From Planctomycetota bacterium (GTDB taxonomy: Bacteria; Planctomycetota; UBA11346): a stretch of 64,000 nt of DNA. Position 1 is the first letter of the stretch, and the number at the start of each line of letters is the position of its first letter. A program made the translations under genes and the position numbers. This document shows, piece by piece, positions 23,544 through 32,795 of the stretch. The notes beneath the pieces were generated by a model. It was not told where the DNA came from. It made no database searches and worked only from the letters and a program-made list of their open reading frames with translations. The DNA lies in assembly GCA_038231435.1 (NCBI GenBank), contig JBBRLJ010000028.1:1-64000 (forward strand), read 5' to 3'.

Positions 23544-24494
23544 TTGTGTGCCGAGCGATTCATCGCCGTTCAGGACGGGCAGGTGAAGGTGACGACGATC
23601 CAGAAGTACCACTGCCACATTGGCTACTGGTTCACGGTCATCACACCGGGGTCGTCGCCGGCGAGCCTGACAGCCGAGAGCTTGCAGCTGGCCAGGAATG
23701 CACTGGTCAAGCGCATGTCGCCCGTGACGGCGAACTGCGCGCTCTCGACCCTCAAGCGGATCCTGAACTTCGCCTTCTTGGAGGGCTGGCTGACCTCGTC
23801 ACCGTGGAAGCGGGTAAAGAGCCTCCCAGAGCCCGACTTCACGTCGAGCTGGTGGACGCCGGAAGAGGTGGCGGTGGCCCTGCGAGTCGCAGGGCAAAAC
23901 CAACACCAGCCCACGGCCACCCTGATGATCGTGCTCGGCTGCATGCTGGGGCTGCGCAAGGATGAGATGGTCAACCTCCGCTGGCAGGACCTGCTGCTGG
24001 ACCGGCAGGACGAGGCGACTGGAGAGCCACGGCCGGTCTGCCATATCCGCTGTGATGCGGAGTGGCGGCCCAAGTCGGGGAAGGCGCGAGACCTCCCGAT
24101 CCCACCGCAGGCACGTGGCATCCTGCTTCCGCACCGCAAGGCTTCCGGCTACGTCCTAGTGGAGGAGCGGCGGGTGGCGAAGCGGGGCGGCACCAAACGG
24201 GTGTACCGATATGACCCGGACCGGGTTTGGGATCGGATCCGGTCCAAGTGCATCGCTGCAGGCGCGAAGCGCATCCGTTTCCACGACATGCGGCATTCGT
24301 ATGCGTCCATCTTGCTCGACCAAGGCTTCAGTGCCGAGAAGGTCGCCCGATGGCTCGGGCACTCGGACACGCGCATGGTCTTCGGGGTCTATGGGCATCT
24401 GCTCGCATACGACGAGCAGATTGAGGGCGTAAAGTTCACGCGCAGCGCGCAGCCTGACGACAAGCATCTCCTGCGCTTCCCGACTCGCAGCTGA
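23544..24494 (+). CDS. Tyrosine recombinase/phage-type integrase, probably N-terminally truncated
   Basis: GLRKDE (R), PKSGK (K), FHDMRH (HxxR), LGHS, VYGH (Y); no good start or RBS; adjacent to tRNA 3' end. Confidence 0.88.
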   Translation: MCAERFIAVQDGQVKVTTIQKYHCHIGYWFTVITPGSSPASLTAESLQLARNALVKRMSPVTANCALSTLKRILNFAFLEGWLTSSPWKRVKSLPEPDFTSSWWTPEEVAVALRVAGQNQHQPTATLMIVLGCMLGLRKDEMVNLRWQDLLLDRQDEATGEPRPVCHIRCDAEWRPKSGKARDLPIPPQARGILLPHRKASGYVLVEERRVAKRGGTKRVYRYDPDRVWDRIRSKCIAAGAKRIRFHDMRHSYASILLDQGFSAEKVARWLGHSDTRMVFGVYGHLLAYDEQIEGVKFTRSAQPDDKHLLRFPTRS

Positions 24495-24569
24495 TACAAC
24501 TTGCCATGAACGACGTCGTTTGCCGTCCGGAGATCCCGGGCGGCGAACGCGTTTTCTTTACCTATGAGG

Positions 24570-24634
24570 CGTTCGCCCGGATGGGCGAACAAAGGGCGAA
24601 AATGGGCGAACAACGCTGTTAACTTGTTCGCCCA
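24570..24634. repeat. Cluster of TGGGCGAACA-like direct and inverted repeats (putative integrase arm sites)
   Basis: Direct copies at 24582, 24593, 24603; inverted copies at 24570 and 24625. Confidence 0.6.
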
Positions 24635-24635
24635 C

Positions 24636-24675
24636 AAAAAAGAGGTCGCGGTAACTTGCGCTACCGCGACCCTTT
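24636..24675 (-). terminator. Hairpin plus U-tract downstream of tRNA-Asp
   Basis: GGTCGCGGTA/TACCGCGACC stem, followed by a T run on the minus strand. Confidence 0.7.
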
Positions 24676-24678
24676 AGA

Positions 24679-24755
24679 TGGCGACCTGGATGGGACTTGA
24701 ACCCACGACCTCCGCCGTGACAAGGCGGCGCTCTAACCAACTGAGCTACCAGGCC
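24679..24755 (-). tRNA. tRNA-Asp(GTC)
   Basis: GGCCTGGTAGCTCAGTTGG...CCGCC-TTGTCAC-GGCGG...GGTTCAAGTCC...CCA. Confidence 0.97.
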
Positions 24756-24797
24756 ATGATGTGAAAGAGACCTGAGCCGATCCGAATGTCGACGCCC

Positions 24798-24874
24798 TGG
24801 TAGGCGATGAGGGATTCGAACCCCCGACATCCTCCGTGTAAAGGAGGCGCTCTAGCCGACTGAGCTAATCGCCC
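24798..24874 (-). tRNA. tRNA-Val(TAC)
   Basis: GGGCGATTAGCTCAG...CCTCC-TTTACAC-GGAGG...GGTTCGAATCC...CCA. Confidence 0.97.
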
Positions 24875-25025
24875 CTTTACTGGAGGGTTGCGGATTATGA
24901 CTGTGGCATGTGCATGGCAAGGGGAATAGAGTTTCAACATGCTGTGTGGTTCGGGATTAGAGATGGGCTGGTCGAGCTGGCTCCTTGCGGGGCCGCTTCT
25001 CCTAGGATCGGGATGAAGGCCCTCA

Positions 25026-25094
25026 ATCACCAGGCGTAGATATCACCAGGCGTAGGGCGTAAAGAGTAACTCTCCTTTCACACCGCTTTCACAC
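25026..25094. repeat. Direct repeats ATCACCAGGCGTAG x2 and CTTTCACAC x2 in a divergent promoter region
   Basis: 25026-25039/25042-25055 and 25075-25083/25086-25094. Confidence 0.6.
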
Positions 25095-25188
25095 AAAGCC
25101 TTCAGATTCAGGCGCAAACCAGCAGCCACACAGGGCCGAGACCGCATGGGATCCATGTCAGCAGCATCGCACCGGACGGAGCCCACCC

Positions 25189-27138
25189 GTGGCTGATGCC
25201 GTCATCCACATCGCCGATGGCGAGTCGCACTGCCGCATCGTGGATCCGGTCAGCGGGACTCTGCAAGTCCCCTTGCGTGAGATCAGCCAGCAGGGCGCCC
25301 TGGTCGACACGCGGATGCAGTTCGAGGCCCAGGCGGCGGTCGACCTCACAGTGGTGCTCAAGGGCCTCTCACCGCGGCAGTTCTTCGCCAACGTCGCTTT
25401 CAGCGACAACGCCGGACTCCACCTGCAGTGGATGCCCATCGATTCTGGGGAACAGGCGCGCCTCCACTCGCTGCTCGAGGCTTACAAGACCTTGCATCCG
25501 CCTCAGGCCGCGGCATCCACCGAGGCCGCCGCTCCCGCCCGCGAGAAGACCAACACCCGCCGCGTGATCAGGCCCAAGGGCTTGGCAGCCGATTCCTCGA
25601 GCGCGATCATGCCGTTCACCGACGTATCGACGCCCCCGTCGACGCCGGTGCAGTCTTCAACCCAGTCCTCGTCGCAGCTGGGCTCGGGCGAGCGTGTGCG
25701 CACCCGCCGGATCGTGCGCCCGTCCAACCAGAGCCTGCCGCGGGTTGACGACGCGCCGGCCGATGATGACGCGACAGTCAAGACGACGCCCGCGAAGGGA
25801 GCCAACGGCGACAATACCCCGTCCACCCTGTCGATTTTCCGCGAGGAGACCGGCGCCCAGCGCGTGCTGGACGAGGATTCCGGCGACCACCTCGCGGATA
25901 CCGAACCCAGCACCGGCAAGGCCGGGGTCGTGGGCGCCGACGGGCGCATGGACATCGGCGCCTCGATCCGCAACAAGGCCAAGTCCATCCGCGCTTCCGA
26001 GCTCGCGGCGCGCCACGACCGCGTGCGCGTGCTCAACATGGGCACGATCAAGCAGCTCATCACCGAGGCGGTGGAAGAGGCCTCGGCGCACCTGACGCGC
26101 TCGCTCGGCGCCGAAGACCGCAAGCGCCTGCTCGAGGAAGCTGAAGAGAACTTCAAAGAACGCCTGAAGATGTTCGAGGCGGAAAAGCTCACCGCCGAGG
26201 TGAAGGCCAAGCAGCTGGTCGATCAGCTGCGCACCGCGCAGGATCTGCTCGAGAGCGAGCGCAAGCGCACGGTCAAGGCCGACCAGTTCACGGTGTCGGC
26301 CGCCGGCCTCGACGAGATCGAGCTCAAGTTCAAGCGCCTGCTCGACCATTCCATCGCCGAGGGCCGCGTCATCCCGACTCTCGAGGAAGAGCTGCGTCGC
26401 GTCATCGCGACGGTGTTCGACCAGGAGCGCCAGCGCATCCGCGAGCAGGAGATGCAGGCGCAGAACGAGAAGATCCAGCTGCTCGAGACCAAGATCAAAC
26501 GCCTCGCGAGCTCGCTCGACGAAACCGAGCGCCAGCGCGACGAGATGCAGGAGTGGGCCCAGACGCTCGAGGCATCCGGCGGCGGCGCGTTGCGCAACAT
26601 CATGTCCGCGGGCATACGCGACGATGGCAACAAGAAGCGCAAGATGGCGCTGATGAAGGAGATCCTCGACATCAACCGCGCGATGCGCAAAGAACTCGGC
26701 ATCGAGACCGCCCCGGTCGACGAGGAGACCGAAGAGGCGATCAAGAAGGTCGAGGCCGCATCCAAGCTCACTCCCGAGGAGGAAGCGGCGATCCGCGAGC
26801 AGCGCAAGCGCATCGACCCGCTGCCCGAAGCCAAGAAGCCCGACGCCGAGATGCTCAATGTCATGGCCGAGTCGGGCCATGCGCCGGCGGCTTCCGCCAA
26901 TCCCGATGACGAGCCCTTCGAGGCGGTCGGCACGGTCAAGGCGGCGGCAGGCGTGAAGAAGCTGAGCGCCGAAGGTGCCGAAGAGGTTCCCGAGGGCGCC
27001 GAGATCGACCCCGACGACATGGAGTGGACGCCCGCTGCCAAGGCCGGTCCGGTGACCGGCAACGATTCGGGGATCAAGAAGATCGCCACCACCACCGACT
27101 TCAAACTGCCACCCTTGCAGAAGAAGGGTAAGAAATGA
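25189..27138 (+). CDS. Hypothetical protein: PilZ-like N-terminus, disordered linker, long coiled coil, acidic tail
   Basis: EISQQGA beta-rich N-domain; E/K/R/L-rich helical core; host-like codon usage. Confidence 0.8.
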   Translation: MADAVIHIADGESHCRIVDPVSGTLQVPLREISQQGALVDTRMQFEAQAAVDLTVVLKGLSPRQFFANVAFSDNAGLHLQWMPIDSGEQARLHSLLEAYKTLHPPQAAASTEAAAPAREKTNTRRVIRPKGLAADSSSAIMPFTDVSTPPSTPVQSSTQSSSQLGSGERVRTRRIVRPSNQSLPRVDDAPADDDATVKTTPAKGANGDNTPSTLSIFREETGAQRVLDEDSGDHLADTEPSTGKAGVVGADGRMDIGASIRNKAKSIRASELAARHDRVRVLNMGTIKQLITEAVEEASAHLTRSLGAEDRKRLLEEAEENFKERLKMFEAEKLTAEVKAKQLVDQLRTAQDLLESERKRTVKADQFTVSAAGLDEIELKFKRLLDHSIAEGRVIPTLEEELRRVIATVFDQERQRIREQEMQAQNEKIQLLETKIKRLASSLDETERQRDEMQEWAQTLEASGGGALRNIMSAGIRDDGNKKRKMALMKEILDINRAMRKELGIETAPVDEETEEAIKKVEAASKLTPEEEAAIREQRKRIDPLPEAKKPDAEMLNVMAESGHAPAASANPDDEPFEAVGTVKAAAGVKKLSAEGAEEVPEGAEIDPDDMEWTPAAKAGPVTGNDSGIKKIATTTDFKLPPLQKKGKK

Positions 27139-27275
27139 TGTCCCTGTTCGCGTTGGAGAGGCGAAACCAACCGCCGTGACACTCACCCGACTCCCTGGTC
27201 GTCGATACCTCCCGGTTTCCCCCTTCTCGTCCAAACCCCAACACCAACCATCCCTTTACATTCCAGGAGCTTTCC

Positions 27276-28325
27276 ATGTCTGAAATCGTCTATCTCGGTA
27301 TCGATCTCGGTACCAGCCGCACCTCGATCACCTCGTCCACTGGCGTGCGCGAGACCGTATGGTCGTACGTCGGTTACCCGAAGGACCACGTCGCCAAGAA
27401 GAAGATGGGCGGCCGCGACATCATCTACGGCAAGGAGGCCCTCGAGAATCGCCTCGCGCTGAACCTGTTCCGCCCGCTCGCCGGCGGTTCGATCAAGCAC
27501 AAGGGCGCCAAGGACTCGGGCGAGACCAAGCGCGCGGTCAAGGACCTGCTCGAGCACACCGTCTCGCTCGCCAAGTCGGCGAAGGACGCGACCATCTACG
27601 CGGTCATCGGCGCTCCCGCCGAAGCCAGCGTCGAAGGCAAGGCCACCATCCTCGAAGCCGCCTCGAACTGCATCGATAGCGTGATCGTCTGCTCGGAACC
27701 GTTCGCGGTCGCCTACGGCCTGGACTTCCTCGACGATACCCTGGTGATCGACATCGGCGCGGGCACCACCGACCTCTGCCGCGTCCACGGCACCATGCCC
27801 GGACCGGATGACCAGCGCACCCACGAGATCGCTGGCGACGCCATCGATCAACTGCTGGCCAACCTGATCAAGGAGAAGCACCCCGACGCGCAGTTCTCCA
27901 TCAACATGGTGCGCCAGATCAAGGAGCGTCACGCCTCGGTCAGCCCCAAGATGGACGAGGTCATCGAGGTGCTCCCGGTCGCCGGCAAGCCGACCAAGTT
28001 CGATCTGACCGAGCTGGTCTACAAGGCCTGCTACAGCCTGGTGCCCCCGACGGTCAAGGCCCTGCAAGACCTGGTCGCCACCTACGACCCTGAATTCCAG
28101 GCCAAGATGCGTAACAATGTGCTGCTCGGCGGCGGCGGATCGCAGATCAAGTCGCTCGGCCTCGCCATCGAGAAGGCGCTCGACGAGTACGGCGGCGGCA
28201 AGGTCAAGACCGTCGAGGAACCGCAGTACGCTGGTTCGAACGGCGCGCTCAAGATTGCGCTCGATATGCCCGAGCAGTTCTGGAAAGAGTTCAAGTCGCA
28301 GCGCGGAGCCGCCGCCGCCGGCTGA
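27276..28325 (+). CDS. mamK: MamK-like bacterial actin (MreB/MamK family)
   Basis: LGIDLGTS, VGYPKD, AVIGAPA.AS, SEPFAVAYGLD, DIGAGTTDLC..HGT.PGP.DQ, AGKP, LGGGGSQI, P.QFW; AGGAG RBS; these motifs recall MamK more than MreB, so treat the symbol as mamK-like. Confidence 0.85.
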   Translation: MSEIVYLGIDLGTSRTSITSSTGVRETVWSYVGYPKDHVAKKKMGGRDIIYGKEALENRLALNLFRPLAGGSIKHKGAKDSGETKRAVKDLLEHTVSLAKSAKDATIYAVIGAPAEASVEGKATILEAASNCIDSVIVCSEPFAVAYGLDFLDDTLVIDIGAGTTDLCRVHGTMPGPDDQRTHEIAGDAIDQLLANLIKEKHPDAQFSINMVRQIKERHASVSPKMDEVIEVLPVAGKPTKFDLTELVYKACYSLVPPTVKALQDLVATYDPEFQAKMRNNVLLGGGGSQIKSLGLAIEKALDEYGGGKVKTVEEPQYAGSNGALKIALDMPEQFWKEFKSQRGAAAAG

Positions 28326-28338
28326 ACTGGCAGATGTT

Positions 28339-28386
28339 GTAAAACACAGCAACCCCGCGCGCGAGCGCGGGGTTGCTGTGTTTTAC
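28339..28386 (+). terminator. Intrinsic terminator, 22-bp perfect stem with GCGA loop
   Basis: GTAAAACACAGCAACCCCGCGC-GCGA-GCGCGGGGTTGCTGTGTTTTAC. Confidence 0.88.
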
Positions 28387-28387
28387 T

Positions 28388-28729
28388 GGGGCTCCGCCCC
28401 TACGGCCCTGCGGGCCTACCCCACGGGCTTTGTCGTGGCTCGTTTTCGCCGGGACGGCGAAAACGTGGGGGGATGGGCTACGCCCAGTGTATCCGCCCAC
28501 CGCCACTCGGCGCCCGCCCCATCGCGCAGCGATGGGGCCCCCGAGGTAAAAGGTTTTTCGGACTGACGCTCGGAAATATTCGGGTCCTTCAAGTCGCGGC
28601 GTCAGCCGCCGGCCGCCGAGTCCTGGTTTGCGTGAACAATGGGCGTAGCCCATCACGCAAACTTTCTGGCCGCCTGGCGGACAGAAAGAAGGACGACAAA
28701 GGACGTGGGGGACCGGGGGCGAAGCCCCC
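28388..28729. mobile_element. MITE/REPIN-like element with nested inverted repeats
   Basis: Outer arms 28388-28436/28693-28729; inner perfect 15-bp IR 28472-28486/28640-28654. Confidence 0.55.
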
Positions 28730-28739
28730 GTACAAACAG

Positions 28740-29624
28740 CTACTTTGCGGCGGGTGCTGGCTGCGGAGTCGCGGGTGCGACGGTCGGGGCCGGCGCGGGA
28801 ACGGGAGCAGGAGCGGCCGCCGTGGCGGGCGCGGCAGCGGACGGGACCGCGATGGGAGCTTGAGGTTCGGCGCCTGTCTGAGCGGCGGGGGGCGCCGCGA
28901 TCGAGGCTGGCGGGGCGTTCTTCTGCGCTGCGGCCTCGGCCTGCTGGCGCTTGAGTGTCCAATACATGGTGCGCGCGACGTTGAGCAGCTCGGTGGCGCC
29001 GGCATCGCTGCGGCCGATCAGCGGCTCGAGCTTGGCCATGGCTTCGTCGGGCTTGCCCGACTTGGTCAGGGTGCGCGCGGCGCCGAGTGTTGCCTCTAGC
29101 TGCTGGCTGAGGAATCGGCCGCCGGCGCTCTCGACCGCGGCGTAGTCCTTCGCGGCAGCCTCAAGATCGTTGAGCTGGTACTCGGCTCCGGCGAGCGTCA
29201 GGCGCGCGGCATACTTGAGCTCCTGGTCGGGAGTCTTGTCCGCCAGTTGCACCGCCTTCTGCGCTGCCTCCTTGGCCCCCGGACCGTCGTCCTTACTGAA
29301 ACGATTCTGCGCGACCTCGATGTAGGCGCGGGCGCGCCAATAGTCGGCGGTCGCGGCGTCCTCGGCGAGTTCCTTCATGGCTATCGCACGGCTGTCCTGA
29401 TCGGACTTCTCGAGCGCGAGATTGAAAGCGGTGGACGAGGCCGCATCAGGCCGCTCGACCGCCCAATGGCGCACGACCTGGGCGACCACGATCACCACCA
29501 CCAGCACGAGTACGTAGATCCACCAGCGGCGCTTGATGCCCTGGGCGAAGGTGTCGAGGCGATCGTAGATCGGATCCGAGTAGCTGGAGGAGGGACCGGC
29601 TTCGGTGAAGGGAGTCTGGGCCAT
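28740..29624 (-). CDS. Membrane-anchored TPR protein (YfgM-like)
   Basis: Single N-terminal TM, Ala-rich helical repeats, Pro/Ala tail. Confidence 0.7.
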   Translation of the reverse strand: MAQTPFTEAGPSSSYSDPIYDRLDTFAQGIKRRWWIYVLVLVVVIVVAQVVRHWAVERPDAASSTAFNLALEKSDQDSRAIAMKELAEDAATADYWRARAYIEVAQNRFSKDDGPGAKEAAQKAVQLADKTPDQELKYAARLTLAGAEYQLNDLEAAAKDYAAVESAGGRFLSQQLEATLGAARTLTKSGKPDEAMAKLEPLIGRSDAGATELLNVARTMYWTLKRQQAEAAAQKNAPPASIAAPPAAQTGAEPQAPIAVPSAAAPATAAAPAPVPAPAPTVAPATPQPAPAAK

Positions 29625-29673
29625 GGTGCTGTGCTCGTTCGTGGCGCGCGGCTGGTTCGAAGTCGTAGGCCGA

Positions 29674-30249
29674 TCACCGCGCCGGTGGCTCTGGCGCGGT
29701 GGCGCCCGGCGCATCCAGCTGGGAGGCTGGAGCGGCCGGGGTGGGCCGGAGGTGGAAACGGATGGTAGTGAGGCCTCCGCTACGTCCAGCCTCGATGAAC
29801 AGGTCCTCGGGGCCCTTGCGCCAGTGGCCGCGAGCGAGCTCGCCCATGCGCTCCCACCCGAGCGGGGGCAGTTCGGAGTCGTAGCGAGCCAGCACCGCCG
29901 AGCCCGGATCGGGACGAGCGCCCTGGCGCTCGATCATCGACACCTCGAAACGCCTCACCGAGCCTCCGGCAAGCGATACCGCGAGCTGGTCCTCACCAGG
30001 GATCAGCTGGTAACCGGCGACCGGGAACAGCGGGATGTCCGGGAAGTGCTCGGGGTGGAAGGCGGGGGGGTGGTAGAGCTGAGAGGGCGAGGGCGCGCGT
30101 TCTTCGCCACCGCATCCGCCGAGGGCCAGGACCGCGGCCAGAACCGACATCGTCGCGGTGAAGGAAGCGGCGGACAGGCCGGACGGGCGCAGGCTGCCGC
30201 GCGGCCCGGGCCAGCATCGGGGGAGGGCCCCCCTACCGGACAACGTCAT
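29674..30249 (-). CDS. Hypothetical lipoprotein
   Basis: Hydrophobic stretch ending LGGC; 4-bp overlap with the FHA gene. Confidence 0.55.
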   Translation of the reverse strand: MTLSGRGALPRCWPGPRGSLRPSGLSAASFTATMSVLAAVLALGGCGGEERAPSPSQLYHPPAFHPEHFPDIPLFPVAGYQLIPGEDQLAVSLAGGSVRRFEVSMIERQGARPDPGSAVLARYDSELPPLGWERMGELARGHWRKGPEDLFIEAGRSGGLTTIRFHLRPTPAAPASQLDAPGATAPEPPAR

Positions 30250-30920
30250 GCCTGCTTGTAGGTGAAGCTGTGGCCAGCAATGGTGATGATGTCTCCGACC
30301 TTGAGGTCGTGGGACGAGATCTTCTGGCCATTGACGCGCACCGAGCGGAAGCCGCCGGACGAGGTGACGCGATGGGTTTCTCCCGCGCGCACGATCTTCG
30401 CCTGGATCGGCTTCACCAGGAAGGCCTTGCAGGGGATGTCCGCGCCGGACTTGCCGATCGAGGTCTCCTCGCGGATCAGCGGCACCACCATCTCGCGTCC
30501 ACCCTGCATCAGGCTCAGGCCCATGCGCTTGGTGGACATGACCTTGGCGAGGGCCGCCTGGTCGACGAACATGGTCATCTCGCCGCCCATGCCGGCCTTC
30601 TTCTTGCCGCCGGCGCCTTCCGATTCGGCCTGGCCGTGCTGGTCGAAGAGCAGGCTGTGCTTGCCGAGGACGATGCGATCCGCGTGTTTCAGCGTGTGGC
30701 GTTTGATCTTCTGACCACCGACGAACGTGCCATTGTTCGATCCGCCGTCGACCACGACCCAGTCGTCGTTCTCCTTGACGATCGTGCAGTGGTGACGAGA
30801 TACGCCGAGGTTGTCCACCACGATCTCGCAATCCATGGCCCGGCCGATTTTGATCTCATCCTTCACAAGGGTATGTTCGGACTCGACGTTCGAACCGAAC
30901 ATAACACTGATCTTGGCCAT
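30246..30920 (-). CDS. FHA-domain protein (two FHA-like domains)
   Basis: IGRA..C.I......VSRHH, GSNNGTFV; second degenerate domain with VRVNGQ..L.VGD.I. Confidence 0.88.
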   Translation of the reverse strand: MAKISVMFGSNVESEHTLVKDEIKIGRAMDCEIVVDNLGVSRHHCTIVKENDDWVVVDGGSNNGTFVGGQKIKRHTLKHADRIVLGKHSLLFDQHGQAESEGAGGKKKAGMGGEMTMFVDQAALAKVMSTKRMGLSLMQGGREMVVPLIREETSIGKSGADIPCKAFLVKPIQAKIVRAGETHRVTSSGGFRSVRVNGQKISSHDLKVGDIITIAGHSFTYKQA

Positions 30921-31049
30921 GATCCGGACTCCTGACGGCTGTGACCATAGATGGCTGCTTGACGGGGTCAACGCAAGGCCTTGCATCCAACCCGGGGGGT
31001 CGTGGACGCCCTTGCGTAACACCGAAACAGGTGTCATGGCGGGACGCCG

Positions 31050-32735
31050 GTGGACTTGAGTTCCCCCCTGCTCCCAGAGACTGCCGGAATGCTCCCGGAT
31101 CGGCAATCGGCGGTGCAATTGGTGGGGCCGGATCGGCTGGAACTCAACCGCGACAAGGCGGTCGTCCAGCCCGGTCCGACGCAGATCCTCGGCAAGGTCG
31201 AATGCGTCGGGCTGTGCTTCTCAGACATGAAACTCCTGCATCAGTTCGACCGGCACCCCCGGAAATCACCCGTGCTGGCCCATCTCGCCGCGGAGGTCCT
31301 GCGGGACATCCCCAGCTACGTACCCGAATCCCGGCCCACGGTGCCTGGCCACGAGGTGGTGATGCGGGTACTCGCGGTGGGCGACCTGGTGACTAGCGTC
31401 AGGCCCGGCGGGCGCTACCTGATCCAGGCGGATTTCCGGGATCTCAAGACCGCGGGGTCGAACGGGGCCTTCGGCTACAATTTCGAGGGCGGTCTGCAGG
31501 AGTACGTCCTGCTCGACGAGCGCGTCACGGTTTCGGCGCACGGCGAAAGCTACCTGCTGCCAGTCCCCGAGGACCGCGGCGCGAGCCAGCTCGCCCTGGT
31601 CGAGCCCTGGGCATGCGTGGAAGATGCCTTCGCGTGCCGCGAACGCACCGGCCTGACCCCCGGCGGCACCCTGCTGCTGGTCTCATCGGCGGGCGCCCAA
31701 CCCGACCTGTCGGGCCTCGATCTCACCCTGCCGGCGCGGCGTCTGTGTTCGGGCCCGGTCTGTCCGCCGGGATTCACCAGTGTGAAGCTCGATCTGCCGG
31801 CGACGCAGACCATCGACGACCTGCTGATCGCCGGTGCCGACGCGGATGACATCGAACGCCTGACCCCCTTCCTCGCCAAGAACGGACTGCTGCTGATCGC
31901 GCGCGGCCCGGGCCGCTTCGGGCGGCAGGTAAGCCTGCCGGTGGGACGGGTGCATTACGGCAACATCCGCGTATCCGCGACCACCAGTTGGCGTTTCGAC
32001 GACGCGCTCGGCGGCATCCCGCGCAGCGGCGAACTGCGCGGCGGCGACCATGTCAACGTGGTCGGCGCCGGCGGACCGATGGGGGTGATGGCGATGGTGC
32101 GCGCCATCACCTCGTCGGCGCGCGGCGCGCTCGTCGAGGGCGGAGTGCGTAATCCAGGCCGCGCAGAGGCGCTGCGGCGCCGCGTCGAGACCGTGGCTCG
32201 CGCGCGCGGCGTGCAGGTACGGCTGTTCAATCCCGAGGCCGAGCCGCCGCGTGGCAGCGTCGACTACTGCTTCCTCATGGCGCCGGTCCCCGCGTTGGTC
32301 GCGCAGGCCGTGGCCGATGCGTCGTCGCGAGGCATCATCAACGTCTTCGCCGGCATCCCCGCCGACATACCCTGCCTACTCGATCTCGACGCTTTCACCG
32401 AAAAGCGCCTCTACTTCATCGGCACCTCGGGCAGCACCATGGAGGACATGCGCGCGGTGCTCGGCAAGGTCCTCGCCGACGAACTCGATACCGACCTGTC
32501 GGTGGGCGCGGTCTCGGGCATGCGCGGCGCCATCGCCGGTCTCGGGGCCGTCCGCGACCGCACCATCGCCGGCAAGATCGTCGTCTACCCAGAGCTCACC
32601 GATCTGCCGCTGCTCGAACTCGATGCCCTGGTCGCCCGTTACCCATCCATCGGTCCCAAGCTCGTCGACGGCTGCTGGACCCGCGCCGCCGAGACCGAAC
32701 TCCTGCGCCTCGCGCAGCCCACGCCAGCGCGCTGA
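31050..32735 (+). CDS. Zn-binding MDR/alcohol dehydrogenase family, L-sorbose-1-phosphate-reductase-like
   Basis: GLCFSDMK, PGHEV, GGLQEY, LVEPWACV, GAGGPMG. Confidence 0.8.
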   Translation: MDLSSPLLPETAGMLPDRQSAVQLVGPDRLELNRDKAVVQPGPTQILGKVECVGLCFSDMKLLHQFDRHPRKSPVLAHLAAEVLRDIPSYVPESRPTVPGHEVVMRVLAVGDLVTSVRPGGRYLIQADFRDLKTAGSNGAFGYNFEGGLQEYVLLDERVTVSAHGESYLLPVPEDRGASQLALVEPWACVEDAFACRERTGLTPGGTLLLVSSAGAQPDLSGLDLTLPARRLCSGPVCPPGFTSVKLDLPATQTIDDLLIAGADADDIERLTPFLAKNGLLLIARGPGRFGRQVSLPVGRVHYGNIRVSATTSWRFDDALGGIPRSGELRGGDHVNVVGAGGPMGVMAMVRAITSSARGALVEGGVRNPGRAEALRRRVETVARARGVQVRLFNPEAEPPRGSVDYCFLMAPVPALVAQAVADASSRGIINVFAGIPADIPCLLDLDAFTEKRLYFIGTSGSTMEDMRAVLGKVLADELDTDLSVGAVSGMRGAIAGLGAVRDRTIAGKIVVYPELTDLPLLELDALVARYPSIGPKLVDGCWTRAAETELLRLAQPTPAR

Positions 32736-32757
32736 CGGCCGCGGGGGACCGGAAAAG

Positions 32758-32787
32758 AGAAACCCTAGGCTCGCGCCTAGGGTTTCT
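32758..32787. terminator. Hairpin between convergent dehydrogenase gene and tRNA-Glu
   Basis: AGAAACCCTAGGC-TCGC-GCCTAGGGTTTCT. Confidence 0.8.
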
Positions 32788-32795
32788 CACTGGAC

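Larger units (their letters stand above)
22193..23545. mobile_element. Y1-transposase element bounded by GGACAG-core inverted repeats
   Basis: ATGCCTGTCCTAGGATTT (23528-23545) is a 16/18 reverse-complement match to AAATCCCAGGACAGACAT in the left repeats. Confidence 0.65.

Noticed and set aside
25189..28325. Magnetosome gene cluster
   Set aside because: Only the actin is MamK-like; no other mam or mms genes are recognisable.
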